From positions 103,762-167,761 of the forward strand of contig JADFHF010000002.1 of assembly GCA_022567305.1 (NCBI GenBank): a stretch of DNA of 64,000 bases, in the 5' to 3' direction. The notes under the pieces were generated by a model. That model saw only the letters and a program-made list of their open reading frames with translations, was not told the DNA's origin and did no database searches. Each line of letters begins with the position of its first letter. The stretch's first letter is position 1. Shown here piece after piece: positions 11,496 to 20,218 of the stretch. Source of the DNA: Bacteroidota bacterium. Lineage in GTDB: Bacteria > Bacteroidota > Rhodothermia > Rhodothermales > UBA10348. The translations under genes and the position numbers were made by a program.

Positions 11496-12845
11496 TCAAG
11501 ATTCTTCGGGCGTCAATTCAAACGTGTCCAGGAACCCCGTATTAATGTCTCCAGCCTGAAACTTCTTGTTTCGGAGTAACTGCTGGTGGAATGGAATCGT
11601 CGTCTTGACGCCTTCGATTACAAACTCGTCCAGTGCGCGAAGCATTTTTCGAATAGCAAGATCTCTGGTTCTTGCGCGCACGATCAATTTGGCAATCATC
11701 GAGTCATAATACGGAGGGATCAGATACCCGGCATACACATGCGTATCCACACGGACACCGTGGCCACCGGACGGATGAAAGGTGGTTACCGTTCCAGGAC
11801 AGGGTGAAAAATCATTGAACGGGTCCTCTGCGTTAATCCGACACTCAATGGCATGTCCGTCAATTTTGATCTCTCGCTTCTTGACGTTTTCACCCATGGC
11901 AACACGGATCTGATACTCGACCAGGTCGCAGTCCGTCACCTCTTCCGTAACCGGATGCTCCACCTGGATGCGCGTGTTCATTTCCATGAAGTAGAAACTG
12001 CCTTTATCGTCGAGCAGAAACTCAACGGTACCGACTCCCTCATAGTTAACCGCGTCAGCTCCAGCGATCGCCGCTGCTCCCATCTTACGGCGTGTCTCTT
12101 CATTGACTCCCGGGGAGGGAGATTCCTCAGTCAGTTTTTGGTGGCGTCGCTGAATGGAACATTCGCGCTCTCCGAAATGAATGACGTTGCCCTTTCCATC
12201 TCCAAGTACTTGGATCTCGATGTGCCGCGGACCCGTGATGAACTTCTCTACATACAGGTCACCGTTCCCAAAGGAAGCTTCTGCCTCTGCCTGGGCTACT
12301 GAATATTGACTCGAGAATTCGCCCTCGGACCAGGCTACCCTCATTCCACGACCACCTCCTCCGGCGCTGGCTTTGATGATTACAGGGTAGCCGATCTCAC
12401 TGGCTATTCGTTTGCCCAGCGGTACCGATTTGACCAAGTCTTCGGAGCCTGGTACGACGGGTACCCCTGCATTTCGCATGGTTGTTTTGGCGAGACTCTT
12501 ATCGCCCATCATGCGGATCGTATTCGGCGGAGGACCAATAAACTTGATATTGTGGTCTTCACAAATGGCACTGAAGTCGGCATTTTCGGCCAAAAAACCG
12601 TATCCGGGATGGATTGCTTCGGCGCCTGTAACCTCTGCCGCGGAGATAATTCGATCCGGTCGAAGGTAACTGTCACGGCTGGGCGGTGGACCAATGCACA
12701 CGGCCTCATCTGCAAAACGCACATGCAGAGAATCCCGGTCAGCCGTAGAAAAGACGGCGACCGTTTGTAAGCCCATCTCATGACAGGTCCGGATAATTCG
12801 GAGAGCAATTTCTCCCCGATTGGCGATGAGAACTTTATTGATCAC
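11496..12845 (-). CDS. accC: acetyl-CoA carboxylase, biotin carboxylase subunit
   Basis: [14 protein letters not shown]-terminus and the ATP-grasp motif GGGGRGMR. The ORF is 449 aa and lies next to accB. Confidence 0.96.
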   Translation of the reverse strand: MINKVLIANRGEIALRIIRTCHEMGLQTVAVFSTADRDSLHVRFADEAVCIGPPPSRDSYLRPDRIISAAEVTGAEAIHPGYGFLAENADFSAICEDHNIKFIGPPPNTIRMMGDKSLAKTTMRNAGVPVVPGSEDLVKSVPLGKRIASEIGYPVIIKASAGGGGRGMRVAWSEGEFSSQYSVAQAEAEASFGNGDLYVEKFITGPRHIEIQVLGDGKGNVIHFGERECSIQRRHQKLTEESPSPGVNEETRRKMGAAAIAGADAVNYEGVGTVEFLLDDKGSFYFMEMNTRIQVEHPVTEEVTDCDLVEYQIRVAMGENVKKREIKIDGHAIECRINAEDPFNDFSPCPGTVTTFHPSGGHGVRVDTHVYAGYLIPPYYDSMIAKLIVRARTRDLAIRKMLRALDEFVIEGVKTTIPFHQQLLRNKKFQAGDINTGFLDTFELTPEES

Positions 12846-12904
12846 AAGAATCCTAACTCGCGAATGGCTTATCTCATAAGATGTGTCATTCGCAGATCTC
12901 CCGG

Positions 12905-13351
12905 CTAGCTGGGTTCAATGATAAACAGGGGTTGATCGAATTCGATCGGATTCGCGTTCTCGACGAGAACCTCCATCACGGTGCCAGACACTTCGGCTTC
13001 AATTTCGTTCATCAACTTCATCGCCTCGATGATGCACAACACATCACCCGGATTCACGTGGTCACCCACCTCGACGAAAGGAGCCGAATCCGGCGACGAT
13101 GATAAATAGAACGTTCCAACGATCGGAGCTCGAACCTCTACGGCCGTTGAAGATGCAGGCGCCGAAGATCCCGATTCATCGACAACCGGGGCGGGCGAAG
13201 AATTCGACGGAACGGATGTAACGATGTGCTGAGCGACGCCGCTCGAACTGGCGCGAACGACTATTCGTAGTCCATCCTGTTCAATTTCGATTTCAGCAAC
13301 GCCGGTCTCCTCGACGATATGAATGATTTCGCGCAACCGTTCTAGATCCAT
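12905..13351 (-). CDS. accB: acetyl-CoA carboxylase biotin carboxyl carrier protein
   Basis: Biotinyl-lysine motif EAMKLMNEI, preceded by a Pro/Ala/Ser linker. Confidence 0.93.
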   Translation of the reverse strand: MDLERLREIIHIVEETGVAEIEIEQDGLRIVVRASSSGVAQHIVTSVPSNSSPAPVVDESGSSAPASSTAVEVRAPIVGTFYLSSSPDSAPFVEVGDHVNPGDVLCIIEAMKLMNEIEAEVSGTVMEVLVENANPIEFDQPLFIIEPS

Positions 13352-13384
13352 TTGCAGCTCCGTGTGTGCGTTAGAAAAACAAGA

Positions 13385-13951
13385 TCACACATTGACGCGT
13401 GTAATGTACTCTCCCTTTTCGGTATTTACGCGAATGGTATCTCCCTCGTTAATGAACAACGGTACGTTAACGATGGCTCCACTTTCAAGGGTTGCAGGCT
13501 TCGTGGCTCCCGTAGCCGTATCTCCTTTCAAGCCGGGTTCGGTCTCAGAAACGACAAGCTCGACGCTCAGTGGAATCTCCGTCGACAAGGCCTTTTCGGT
13601 TTCTGCGTGGAAAAGGATGTCAATACTACTACCCTCTTTCACGTATTCCTTTCCGCGGACCGAATCAGACGGTAACGAAATCTGCTCATATGACTCCGTA
13701 TTCATGAAATGGAGGCCCAAATCGTCTTCATAGAGATATTGGTATTTACGTCGCTCTACCCGAGCCTCTTTCACTTTCTCGCCTGCTCTGAACGTATTGT
13801 CAACGATTCGTCCTGTACGGACATTTCTAAGCTTGCTCCGAACGAATGCGCCGCCTTTGCCCGGCTTCACATGCTGGAACTCAACGATGGACCAGACATC
13901 ACCATTCCAGATCATAGAGAAGCCATTCCGAAAATTACTTGTATCAGCCAT
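13385..13951 (-). CDS. efp: elongation factor P
   Basis: 188 aa, with the EF-P loop region KPGKGGAFVRSKLRN. Confidence 0.95.
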   Translation of the reverse strand: MADTSNFRNGFSMIWNGDVWSIVEFQHVKPGKGGAFVRSKLRNVRTGRIVDNTFRAGEKVKEARVERRKYQYLYEDDLGLHFMNTESYEQISLPSDSVRGKEYVKEGSSIDILFHAETEKALSTEIPLSVELVVSETEPGLKGDTATGATKPATLESGAIVNVPLFINEGDTIRVNTEKGEYITRVNV

Positions 13952-14151
13952 AGGTGTTTTAAAATTGACTCGAGGGCACTTCTACGTATGAAACGGGCTC
14001 GATATTCGATGGCTTCAGGCCCCTGAACTCACCAATTAAGGGCGGAAAAGATACCGTTCCTACGCGTCCGGTGCCAATCAGCGGAGCGTGCCCAGAATGG
14101 GACGTGCCTATCGATGCGATAAGGCCCGAAGGAGATGTATTTTTCCTGAAA

Positions 14152-15801
14152 TTATCGTCGAAACTTCGCCACCAGTGCATCGATATCGGCCTCAGAGAGA
14201 CTCTTGTCGACTGAGGGTGAATGGACCGATGTATCGACGGAAACCGGCGGAAGGGTCGGCTGTTTTTCTTCTACGGGTGCGTTTTCGTCTTTTATGGTTT
14301 TTTTTCGTCTTTCCGAAGGAGGATTTCCTGCCCGAGCTCTCAAGCGAGCGTCAATTTCGTCCATCCAGGGTTTAGGAGTACTTCGAGCCGCCGAAGACGG
14401 GTCTTGTTTGCCCATTGAATCCCGTATGGAGGTCGGTTTGGTTGATTTTCCAAGATGAATGGGATCCGTTTCAAAAGCCAGACGCTTGATGTTAATCAAG
14501 TGGAGTGGGGAGATATTGTCGCTTGTAATTGATCCTCCGATGGTCCCCGGTCCCAGAGTCATGGCGGGGAAGAGACGGTTCGTGTACCCAATTGAACCCA
14601 AGGCGCATACTGTATTTACGACGATTCTCATGGCGGGCTTCTCAAGGGCGAATGCTTCGATGACTCGATCGTTCGAACAATGCAATCCAAGGGTGTGTCC
14701 TAGGCCTCCGAACGCTAGAATTTCTTTACATCGTTGACATCCCGCCTCCCATCCGTCAGCCGTAAAAAAGGAGAGAATAGGTGAGAGGGTTTCGGCCGAA
14801 AGGGGCTCATCTTTTCCAACCGAATCGACCTCAGCGATGAGGGCTTTTGTATTCGGTGGTACCGAGAATCCTGCGCCGCCGGCAATCTCAGACGGACTTT
14901 TGCCTACCTGGTCAATATTCAGACGACCATTCTTCCAGATGTACTCCCGAAGCTGATTTTTTTCTGACTCGCTGACCACGTAGCCGCCGGCACGCCGTAG
15001 ATGTTCAAGGAGCTTTTTCCGAATCGGCAGATCAGCAACAATACTTCGTTCCGCCGAACACAGCGTGCCATAATCAAAAGAAGCACCGTAGAGAAGATCC
15101 AGACTGGCTTTTTCAAGGTCTGCCGATCGGTCTACATATGCCGGGACGTTGCCGGATCCAACGCCGTAAGCCGGTTTTCCTTTCGAATAGGCTGCTCGTA
15201 CCATCGCCGGGCCACCCGTCGCGAGAATCAGATCGGTCCGCCGGTCTTCGAGAAGAGCATTCGTTCCGTCCAGGGTTACTTCGGTCAGGCAACCCAATAG
15301 GCCCTCCGGAGCCCCGGCCCGATAAGCGGCTTCAGCTACAACGCGAAGCGCTTCTGCAGTACAGTTTTTCGCCCGCGGATGGGGACTCAGGACCATTCCG
15401 CATCGCGCTTTCGCCGAGATGATGGCTTTGTACATCGCGGTCGACGTGGGATTTGTCGAGGGGACCAGCGCGGCAATCACGCCCATGGGAGTGGCGATCT
15501 CCCAGATCGTGTCGTTTTCAAGTTTGCGAATGACCCCGCATGTCTTCATGCCCTGCATTCGATCGACGAGTGTTCGGGTCGCAAATAGGTTTTTCTGCGT
15601 CTTGCTATCAATTCGGCCGAACCCCGTCTCCTCATGGGCCAATTGCGCGAGCCGCTCCGCATCCTTTTCGCCGGCAGAAGCCATCTCAGAGACGATATGA
15701 TCCACGGCCTCCTGGGAAAATTCCTTGAAGGCTTGTTGAGCGTGCGCCGAGGCGTGAAGCAGTGTTCGTGCCTCCTGTATCGAGCGAAGATCTTGATCCA
15801 T
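14152..15801 (-). CDS. acylating (CoA-dependent) aldehyde dehydrogenase, EutE/PduP/AdhE-N-terminal type, with a 101-aa C-terminal extension
   Basis: Catalytic cysteine context DYGTLCSAER, plus ALVPSTNPTST and ATGGPAMV motifs. The start is taken at MDQDLRSIQEAR; the ORF stays open upstream to 15888. The tail is described in the findings. Confidence 0.8.
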   Translation of the reverse strand: MDQDLRSIQEARTLLHASAHAQQAFKEFSQEAVDHIVSEMASAGEKDAERLAQLAHEETGFGRIDSKTQKNLFATRTLVDRMQGMKTCGVIRKLENDTIWEIATPMGVIAALVPSTNPTSTAMYKAIISAKARCGMVLSPHPRAKNCTAEALRVVAEAAYRAGAPEGLLGCLTEVTLDGTNALLEDRRTDLILATGGPAMVRAAYSKGKPAYGVGSGNVPAYVDRSADLEKASLDLLYGASFDYGTLCSAERSIVADLPIRKKLLEHLRRAGGYVVSESEKNQLREYIWKNGRLNIDQVGKSPSEIAGGAGFSVPPNTKALIAEVDSVGKDEPLSAETLSPILSFFTADGWEAGCQRCKEILAFGGLGHTLGLHCSNDRVIEAFALEKPAMRIVVNTVCALGSIGYTNRLFPAMTLGPGTIGGSITSDNISPLHLINIKRLAFETDPIHLGKSTKPTSIRDSMGKQDPSSAARSTPKPWMDEIDARLRARAGNPPSERRKKTIKDENAPVEEKQPTLPPVSVDTSVHSPSVDKSLSEADIDALVAKFRR

Positions 15802-16610
15802 CAACCTGATTATTGGGGGGAGTGCCAATATGCGCCATCGAATCTTCGCTTTCAACTGCGTTGGAGCTGAATCAACCAGTAAATCCACCTTAAAACGTTG
15901 AACGGGGCCGGCTCAAGACCATGGAAACACGCAGTTCGGGAGCTTTTTAGCGTTATGAGTCAGAGAACGAAAGGGGATAATTCGCCGTCGCGGGATTGAT
16001 TTGAGGCGTAAACAGCAGGGAAAGATGGACGAAATCATTCTTGCCGGGAATCTGGCGGGCGATCTCCCTCCGCGCTGTCGGAATTAAATTTCATCTTATC
16101 TAACGATGGTCGAGCCCGCCCGTGAGCTATTCGGGATAACGGGTGAAGCGCTGGAGGCGGCGAAATCAGAGGACGAAGACACCTGCTGTGAAGTTCGCGA
16201 ATTCGGGTGTCGGCAGCGCTGGACGTGGTCGCGGTAGTTTGCCCGGGTGCCTCGGACCGCCGTTTACTCGATCGCAGCCGTGTTGATCATCCTGATGGGA
16301 TCGTTTCTTTTTACCCTTTTCAGAATAGACCGATCACTTGGTGGCGAGTCCGTTCGACCCATTGGAATAGCGTGGGAGCCGGTTCTTGGTAACACCCAAT
16401 TCGACAGTTCGTAGTCGGGGCTGAGAGGCGCAGCGTCGTATGTTGTCATGGTTATGGATCCTTCGGATGAAGAAGTAACCACCCGCATCGAAACCGCAGC
16501 AACCTCCATTCCCAGGCTCTTCAACGCCGACACGCGAGGAATTTCACCGTTGGGTGAGGTCTTTGAACTCTGAACGACTGCTTTTCGCGGTGACGGCTAG
16601 CTTCTGCGTC

Positions 16611-16630
16611 GAACGGACCGATTTCCGTTC
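16611..16630 (-). terminator. hairpin ~28 nt downstream of the beta-propeller gene stop (weak terminator candidate)
   Basis: GAACGGA-N6-TCCGTTC forms a perfect 7-bp stem. No U-tract follows on the minus strand. Confidence 0.3.
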
Positions 16631-16657
16631 ACCGTCAAATAGGAAGATCTCTTCTTG

Positions 16658-18532
16658 TCAATCTCTGGCGTCGAATCCCAGCCGACCCGTGTGCCGGGCA
16701 TTTCTTTGAAACATGGGCCACATGTTGAGGGCCAGTCCGACGGATCCCGTTTCAAGAGAAGTCAATACGCCGTTTTGTCCAGCAACGATCAATAGCCCGT
16801 GGCGAGTAATCGTGAGTGGAGCGTCTGATTCGGCTCCCAGGTCGTAACTCCAAATCGGCGTGTTGTTCGGATTGATCGCGTGGACGCGAGTTCGACTCAC
16901 GAAGTACAAGACCTCGTTCGAGTCAATGGCCGGAGTCCCTACATCGTCGGCGGGATACACGAAGCGAAGTCTTGGAGTGAACGGGTCCATGTCTTCGTTC
17001 AGCGCAATAAGGCCAGTCGACGTGCCCACGTAAATCGTTCCGTCAGATCCGACAACGGGACCCGAGCGGCGCGGTCCGGCAAGTGGTTCGCTCCAAAGCA
17101 TGGATCCGTCAGTGCCCGAGATCGCGTAAATGGACCCGTTGCTGGAGACCGCATAAATGATATTCACGGTGCTCTCTTCCTGTCCGCCCCCGGGAAGAGA
17201 TATCGTCACGCTTTTCTCGATCAGGGCCATTGCGACCATCACGCTTCCAATATTTTCTGTGGACTGCCAGAGGATGGACCCGTTTGGCGAAAGAGCATAA
17301 ATATGACCGTCTCCTGACGATACAAAAAGGGTACGGTCCTTCGCGATTACGGGAGGTGCGATGATGGCCCCGGATGTTACGTTTACCGGCCATAAACCGG
17401 CGAGTGGTTGTCCGTTGAATGAACTGACGGCGTGCACGCGGCCGTCTGCGTCACCAAAAAAGAGGGCTCCTTCAACGCCGAGTGTAGGCGAGGATCTGAG
17501 AGCGGATCCGGTGTTGTAAGCGGTCCACAGTGGATGTCCGTCCGAGTCCAGTCCGTACAATCTGCCGTCCTCACTCGTTACGAATACATCTTCGTTGTTT
17601 CCTACGAGAGGAGACGATCGGATTGGACCCAGAGTCGCGAATTTCCACTTCAGGGCTCCGGTAGACGAGAATGCATAAAGCGTATCAGAAGATGATGCCA
17701 CGTACACATCGTTATTAAATCCGATGGCTACGGATCCTCTTACCTCGCCGTAATAACCCGCCGTTCGCCATTTAACGGTGCCGGGAGCACTCGCGCCGTT
17801 CTTTTCGTCGAACTCGGCAATCACGACCGTGACAGGGTCGGATATCGTGAACGTTTCGGGACTGCTGAACGCCTTCACTTCTACAATGTACTGTCCTGCA
17901 AATCGCGACGTTGTATCCCATTCGAAAACGTAGGTGTCACCCCCGGTAGATTGTGTTGTCGTCATAACGGGCACGCCGTCAATGAGAAGATCGACGCGGG
18001 TGATCGTCGGCTGGGCAGGTTGCTTCCGTACAACAATTCGAACGATTCCTGAAACCTCTTCTTTTTCTAGAGGAGCGAGGATTCGAACCTCTGGTCCGAG
18101 TCCCTGGCTCTCGTTCTCTAGCGTAAGTAGAACCGGAGCCGAAATTCCTCGAGCCTGAAATCGATCAAATGCTACCGCTTCGATCCGATATGTGTCATCC
18201 GGCAGATCAACGGTATTGAATCGAAAGTGAAAATGTTCACCTTCTTGGGTGGCTTCTCCAATCTTGTCGCCATTGACCGTGACATTGACGAACGAGATCC
18301 AATTGTCTTCTCCGAGCGCTTCGGATTCGATCAATATGAGCACGTGTTCTCCTCCCACGGTGGTATCCCCATCGGGATGGAGAATCGAAACGCGCGGTGC
18401 CCGATCGTCTACAGCTGAACCGAAGAGGTCACAACCGGCGCAAAGAACCGAGAAAAAAAGAAATACAAGCCAAGAGCTTTGAAGGTTTTGGGTAACCCCC
18501 TTAGCAACTCTACGGCTGCCTCGAAACTGCAT
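16658..18532 (-). CDS. secreted or lipoprotein PQQ-like beta-propeller repeat protein with two N-terminal Ig-like domains
   Basis: Signal peptide with lipobox-like LCAGC, then two ~90-aa beta-sandwich-like segments. These are followed by about 7-8 repeats of the PQQ/BamB-type pattern (LYAFSSTGALKW, LYGLDSDGHPLW, IYALSPNGSILW, IYAISGTDGSMLW, VHAINPNNTPIW). Confidence 0.75.
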   Translation of the reverse strand: MQFRGSRRVAKGVTQNLQSSWLVFLFFSVLCAGCDLFGSAVDDRAPRVSILHPDGDTTVGGEHVLILIESEALGEDNWISFVNVTVNGDKIGEATQEGEHFHFRFNTVDLPDDTYRIEAVAFDRFQARGISAPVLLTLENESQGLGPEVRILAPLEKEEVSGIVRIVVRKQPAQPTITRVDLLIDGVPVMTTTQSTGGDTYVFEWDTTSRFAGQYIVEVKAFSSPETFTISDPVTVVIAEFDEKNGASAPGTVKWRTAGYYGEVRGSVAIGFNNDVYVASSSDTLYAFSSTGALKWKFATLGPIRSSPLVGNNEDVFVTSEDGRLYGLDSDGHPLWTAYNTGSALRSSPTLGVEGALFFGDADGRVHAVSSFNGQPLAGLWPVNVTSGAIIAPPVIAKDRTLFVSSGDGHIYALSPNGSILWQSTENIGSVMVAMALIEKSVTISLPGGGQEESTVNIIYAVSSNGSIYAISGTDGSMLWSEPLAGPRRSGPVVGSDGTIYVGTSTGLIALNEDMDPFTPRLRFVYPADDVGTPAIDSNEVLYFVSRTRVHAINPNNTPIWSYDLGAESDAPLTITRHGLLIVAGQNGVLTSLETGSVGLALNMWPMFQRNARHTGRLGFDARD

Positions 18533-18538
18533 ACGATT

Positions 18539-18552
18539 TCAAAGCGCTTTGA
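18539..18552. promoter_or_regulatory. perfect 14-nt palindrome TCAAAGCGCTTTGA in the divergent intergenic region
   Basis: Read directly from the sequence. It starts 7 nt upstream of the beta-propeller gene start codon, and its half-site resembles the CGCTTGA repeats about 50 nt away. Confidence 0.4.
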
Positions 18553-18600
18553 TAAACATTTGGACGGGGTCGGGCAGTAGCCCGAACGGATACCTCGGTC

Positions 18601-18636
18601 AACGCTTGAAACAACGCTTGCAGAATCGCTTGAAGC
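18601..18636. repeat. three phased 12-nt direct repeats (AACGCTTGAAAC / AACGCTTGCAGA / ATCGCTTGAAGC)
   Basis: The CGCTTG core occurs at 18603, 18615 and 18627, an exact 12-nt period. The repeats lie between the divergent beta-propeller gene and the EPS locus. Confidence 0.45.
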
Positions 18637-18947
18637 AATGCGATGACCCCTAAATACGGCGCCTTCGCGCAACTTTCGGTCCAAAATGAACCTACACGGA
18701 CTCGCCCGTTAGATCTGCTCAGTCAACCGGCATTTCTGGAATTCGGCGACTCAATTTATTCTTTTGATACTCGGACATCTGGATCGTGTCGGAAGCGAGA
18801 CAAAACACCAGACAATATGGCATCGGAAGCCGGTTTTCGACGAATTAGACGGTTTAAAAAACGCCCGCTCACTCCCAGTCAACACGGCACACCGTTTGAT
18901 GGAAGTCCTGATTTGGCGTCAAAGATTGGTTTTCCTCTCAGGCATTC

Positions 18948-20201
18948 ATGAACCCACAAATTGACTCCCCTCCCGGGTTTTCTCCCAAGCACAGATCGGG
19001 TATCGACGTTATTGATGATACCTGGGGTGGCCTTTATCGCGGAGGGGCCTATCTGTTATACGGCCAGGAAATGAGCGGTCGTGGTCTTCTCGCCCTCATG
19101 CTCACTCGTACGGGTGTTTCTCGACAAGAAAAGACGCTCCTTATTTCTTCAGACCGTCAGAAGGACCTGTTTATCCAAGCCGCATCCATAGGTTTTGATC
19201 TGGGTGCGGCGCATTCGGCGGGTAAGATACGTCTGATGCGAGTCCCGACGTTCGCGGACATTCGCCATGATAATGACGAACGTGTGGCCCAGGCTCTGGT
19301 GGACCTGGTGGAAATTATGGTCCAGTATCAGCCGACCAGAGTGGTGATGAGCGACTTTATTCCGTTCATCGCTTTTCGATCTTTCCAGCGCTTTCAAATT
19401 GAATTTATCCGCTTTCTAGAGCGAGTTGATGCGCTCAAGTCGACGATCATTTTGGTGATGCCGGAACCGGGAAATCGTCAGTCCAGGGAGGTGATCGAGT
19501 TCATGGGACTCAAGATGACGGGCTCTATACATATTGAATTTGCCGAGCAAAATTCTCGATCAACGAAGCGCAGAATCTCTCTCATTCCCCATATCGGTCA
19601 TATTCGGCACCGCGTGATTGACTACTGGGATCTGGAGGACATCGTGGACAACGTTCCGGACAACATTCCGGACCAAGCTGTGGATGAAGATCCCCCGACC
19701 GTGTCCGTATCCGTGCCCCCACGCGACCAACCTGTACGGCATCCGGACCCGGTCACGCTATCGGTATCCGAGATACCGAATCTACCCGACATGATGGATC
19801 GCCCCTCCTTCCAAAAGCGACTGCAGCAGAAATTTGATCAGCCTGAAGCCAAAAAGGAGCCGTTCCTTCTTCTTGCGATGCGAATGGACAGAAGCACTGA
19901 CAAGGTGATCAGACCGTTCGACTTCGACTTCTTGATGGATCTCGTTCAGGTCGCACTCAGGCCTAAAGATGACATGCTTGTAGACCTGGACAACGAAGGT
20001 CTGATCGTCTGTCTTGCCAACAGTAGCGCTAATGAGGCTCAGGATTTTTTCACCAGACTGAAAACGAATTTGCGTAAAGAATCCCCCCAACGTGCAGATC
20101 ATCTACTCCAGAGTGTTACGGCGATCGTTGTCCCAGACGGAAAGCCGTTCCAGTCGGCAGCTAAATTTCTTCAATACGCACTCGATAACTACAAAAAGTG
20201 A
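18948..20201 (+). CDS. cytoplasmic protein with a degenerate RecA/KaiC-like ATPase domain, a Pro/Asp linker and a degenerate GGDEF-like domain (BcsE-like architecture; candidate c-di-GMP receptor)
   Basis: The N-terminus SGIDVIDDTWGGLYRGGAYLLYGQEMSGRGLLALMLT matches the KaiC/RadA ATPase pattern, but the P-loop reads GQEMSGRG instead of GxxxxGK[ST]. In the C-terminus (PFLLLAMRMD ... LRPKDDMLVDLDNEGLIVCLANSS) the GGDEF motif is replaced by DNEGL while an upstream RxxD is kept. Confidence 0.55.
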   Translation: MNPQIDSPPGFSPKHRSGIDVIDDTWGGLYRGGAYLLYGQEMSGRGLLALMLTRTGVSRQEKTLLISSDRQKDLFIQAASIGFDLGAAHSAGKIRLMRVPTFADIRHDNDERVAQALVDLVEIMVQYQPTRVVMSDFIPFIAFRSFQRFQIEFIRFLERVDALKSTIILVMPEPGNRQSREVIEFMGLKMTGSIHIEFAEQNSRSTKRRISLIPHIGHIRHRVIDYWDLEDIVDNVPDNIPDQAVDEDPPTVSVSVPPRDQPVRHPDPVTLSVSEIPNLPDMMDRPSFQKRLQQKFDQPEAKKEPFLLLAMRMDRSTDKVIRPFDFDFLMDLVQVALRPKDDMLVDLDNEGLIVCLANSSANEAQDFFTRLKTNLRKESPQRADHLLQSVTAIVVPDGKPFQSAAKFLQYALDNYKK

Positions 20202-20218
20202 CGTTTTCGGCACTTTGA

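Noticed and set aside
15802-15888. 29-aa N-terminal extension of the aldehyde dehydrogenase ORF
   Set aside because: EutE/PduP-type alignments begin around MDQDLRSIQEAR, so the upstream residues are probably untranslated. This is uncertain, because an N-terminal targeting peptide cannot be fully excluded.
16416-16445. GGGGCTGA..., reminiscent of a tmRNA 5' end
   Set aside because: No TTCGAC/acceptor-type continuation follows, and there is no T-arm (GGTTCGAnTCC) or CCA-proximal 3' end within ~350 nt. That span also runs into the beta-propeller CDS.
16264-16533. The 89-aa ORF as a BMC-H shell protein that might partner the tailed aldehyde dehydrogenase
   Set aside because: The size is right and the N-terminus (MSALKSLGMEVAAV) is vaguely reminiscent. 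However, the conserved BMC-H pattern (ALG.IET.G...A.DAM.KAA.V.LVG) is not present.
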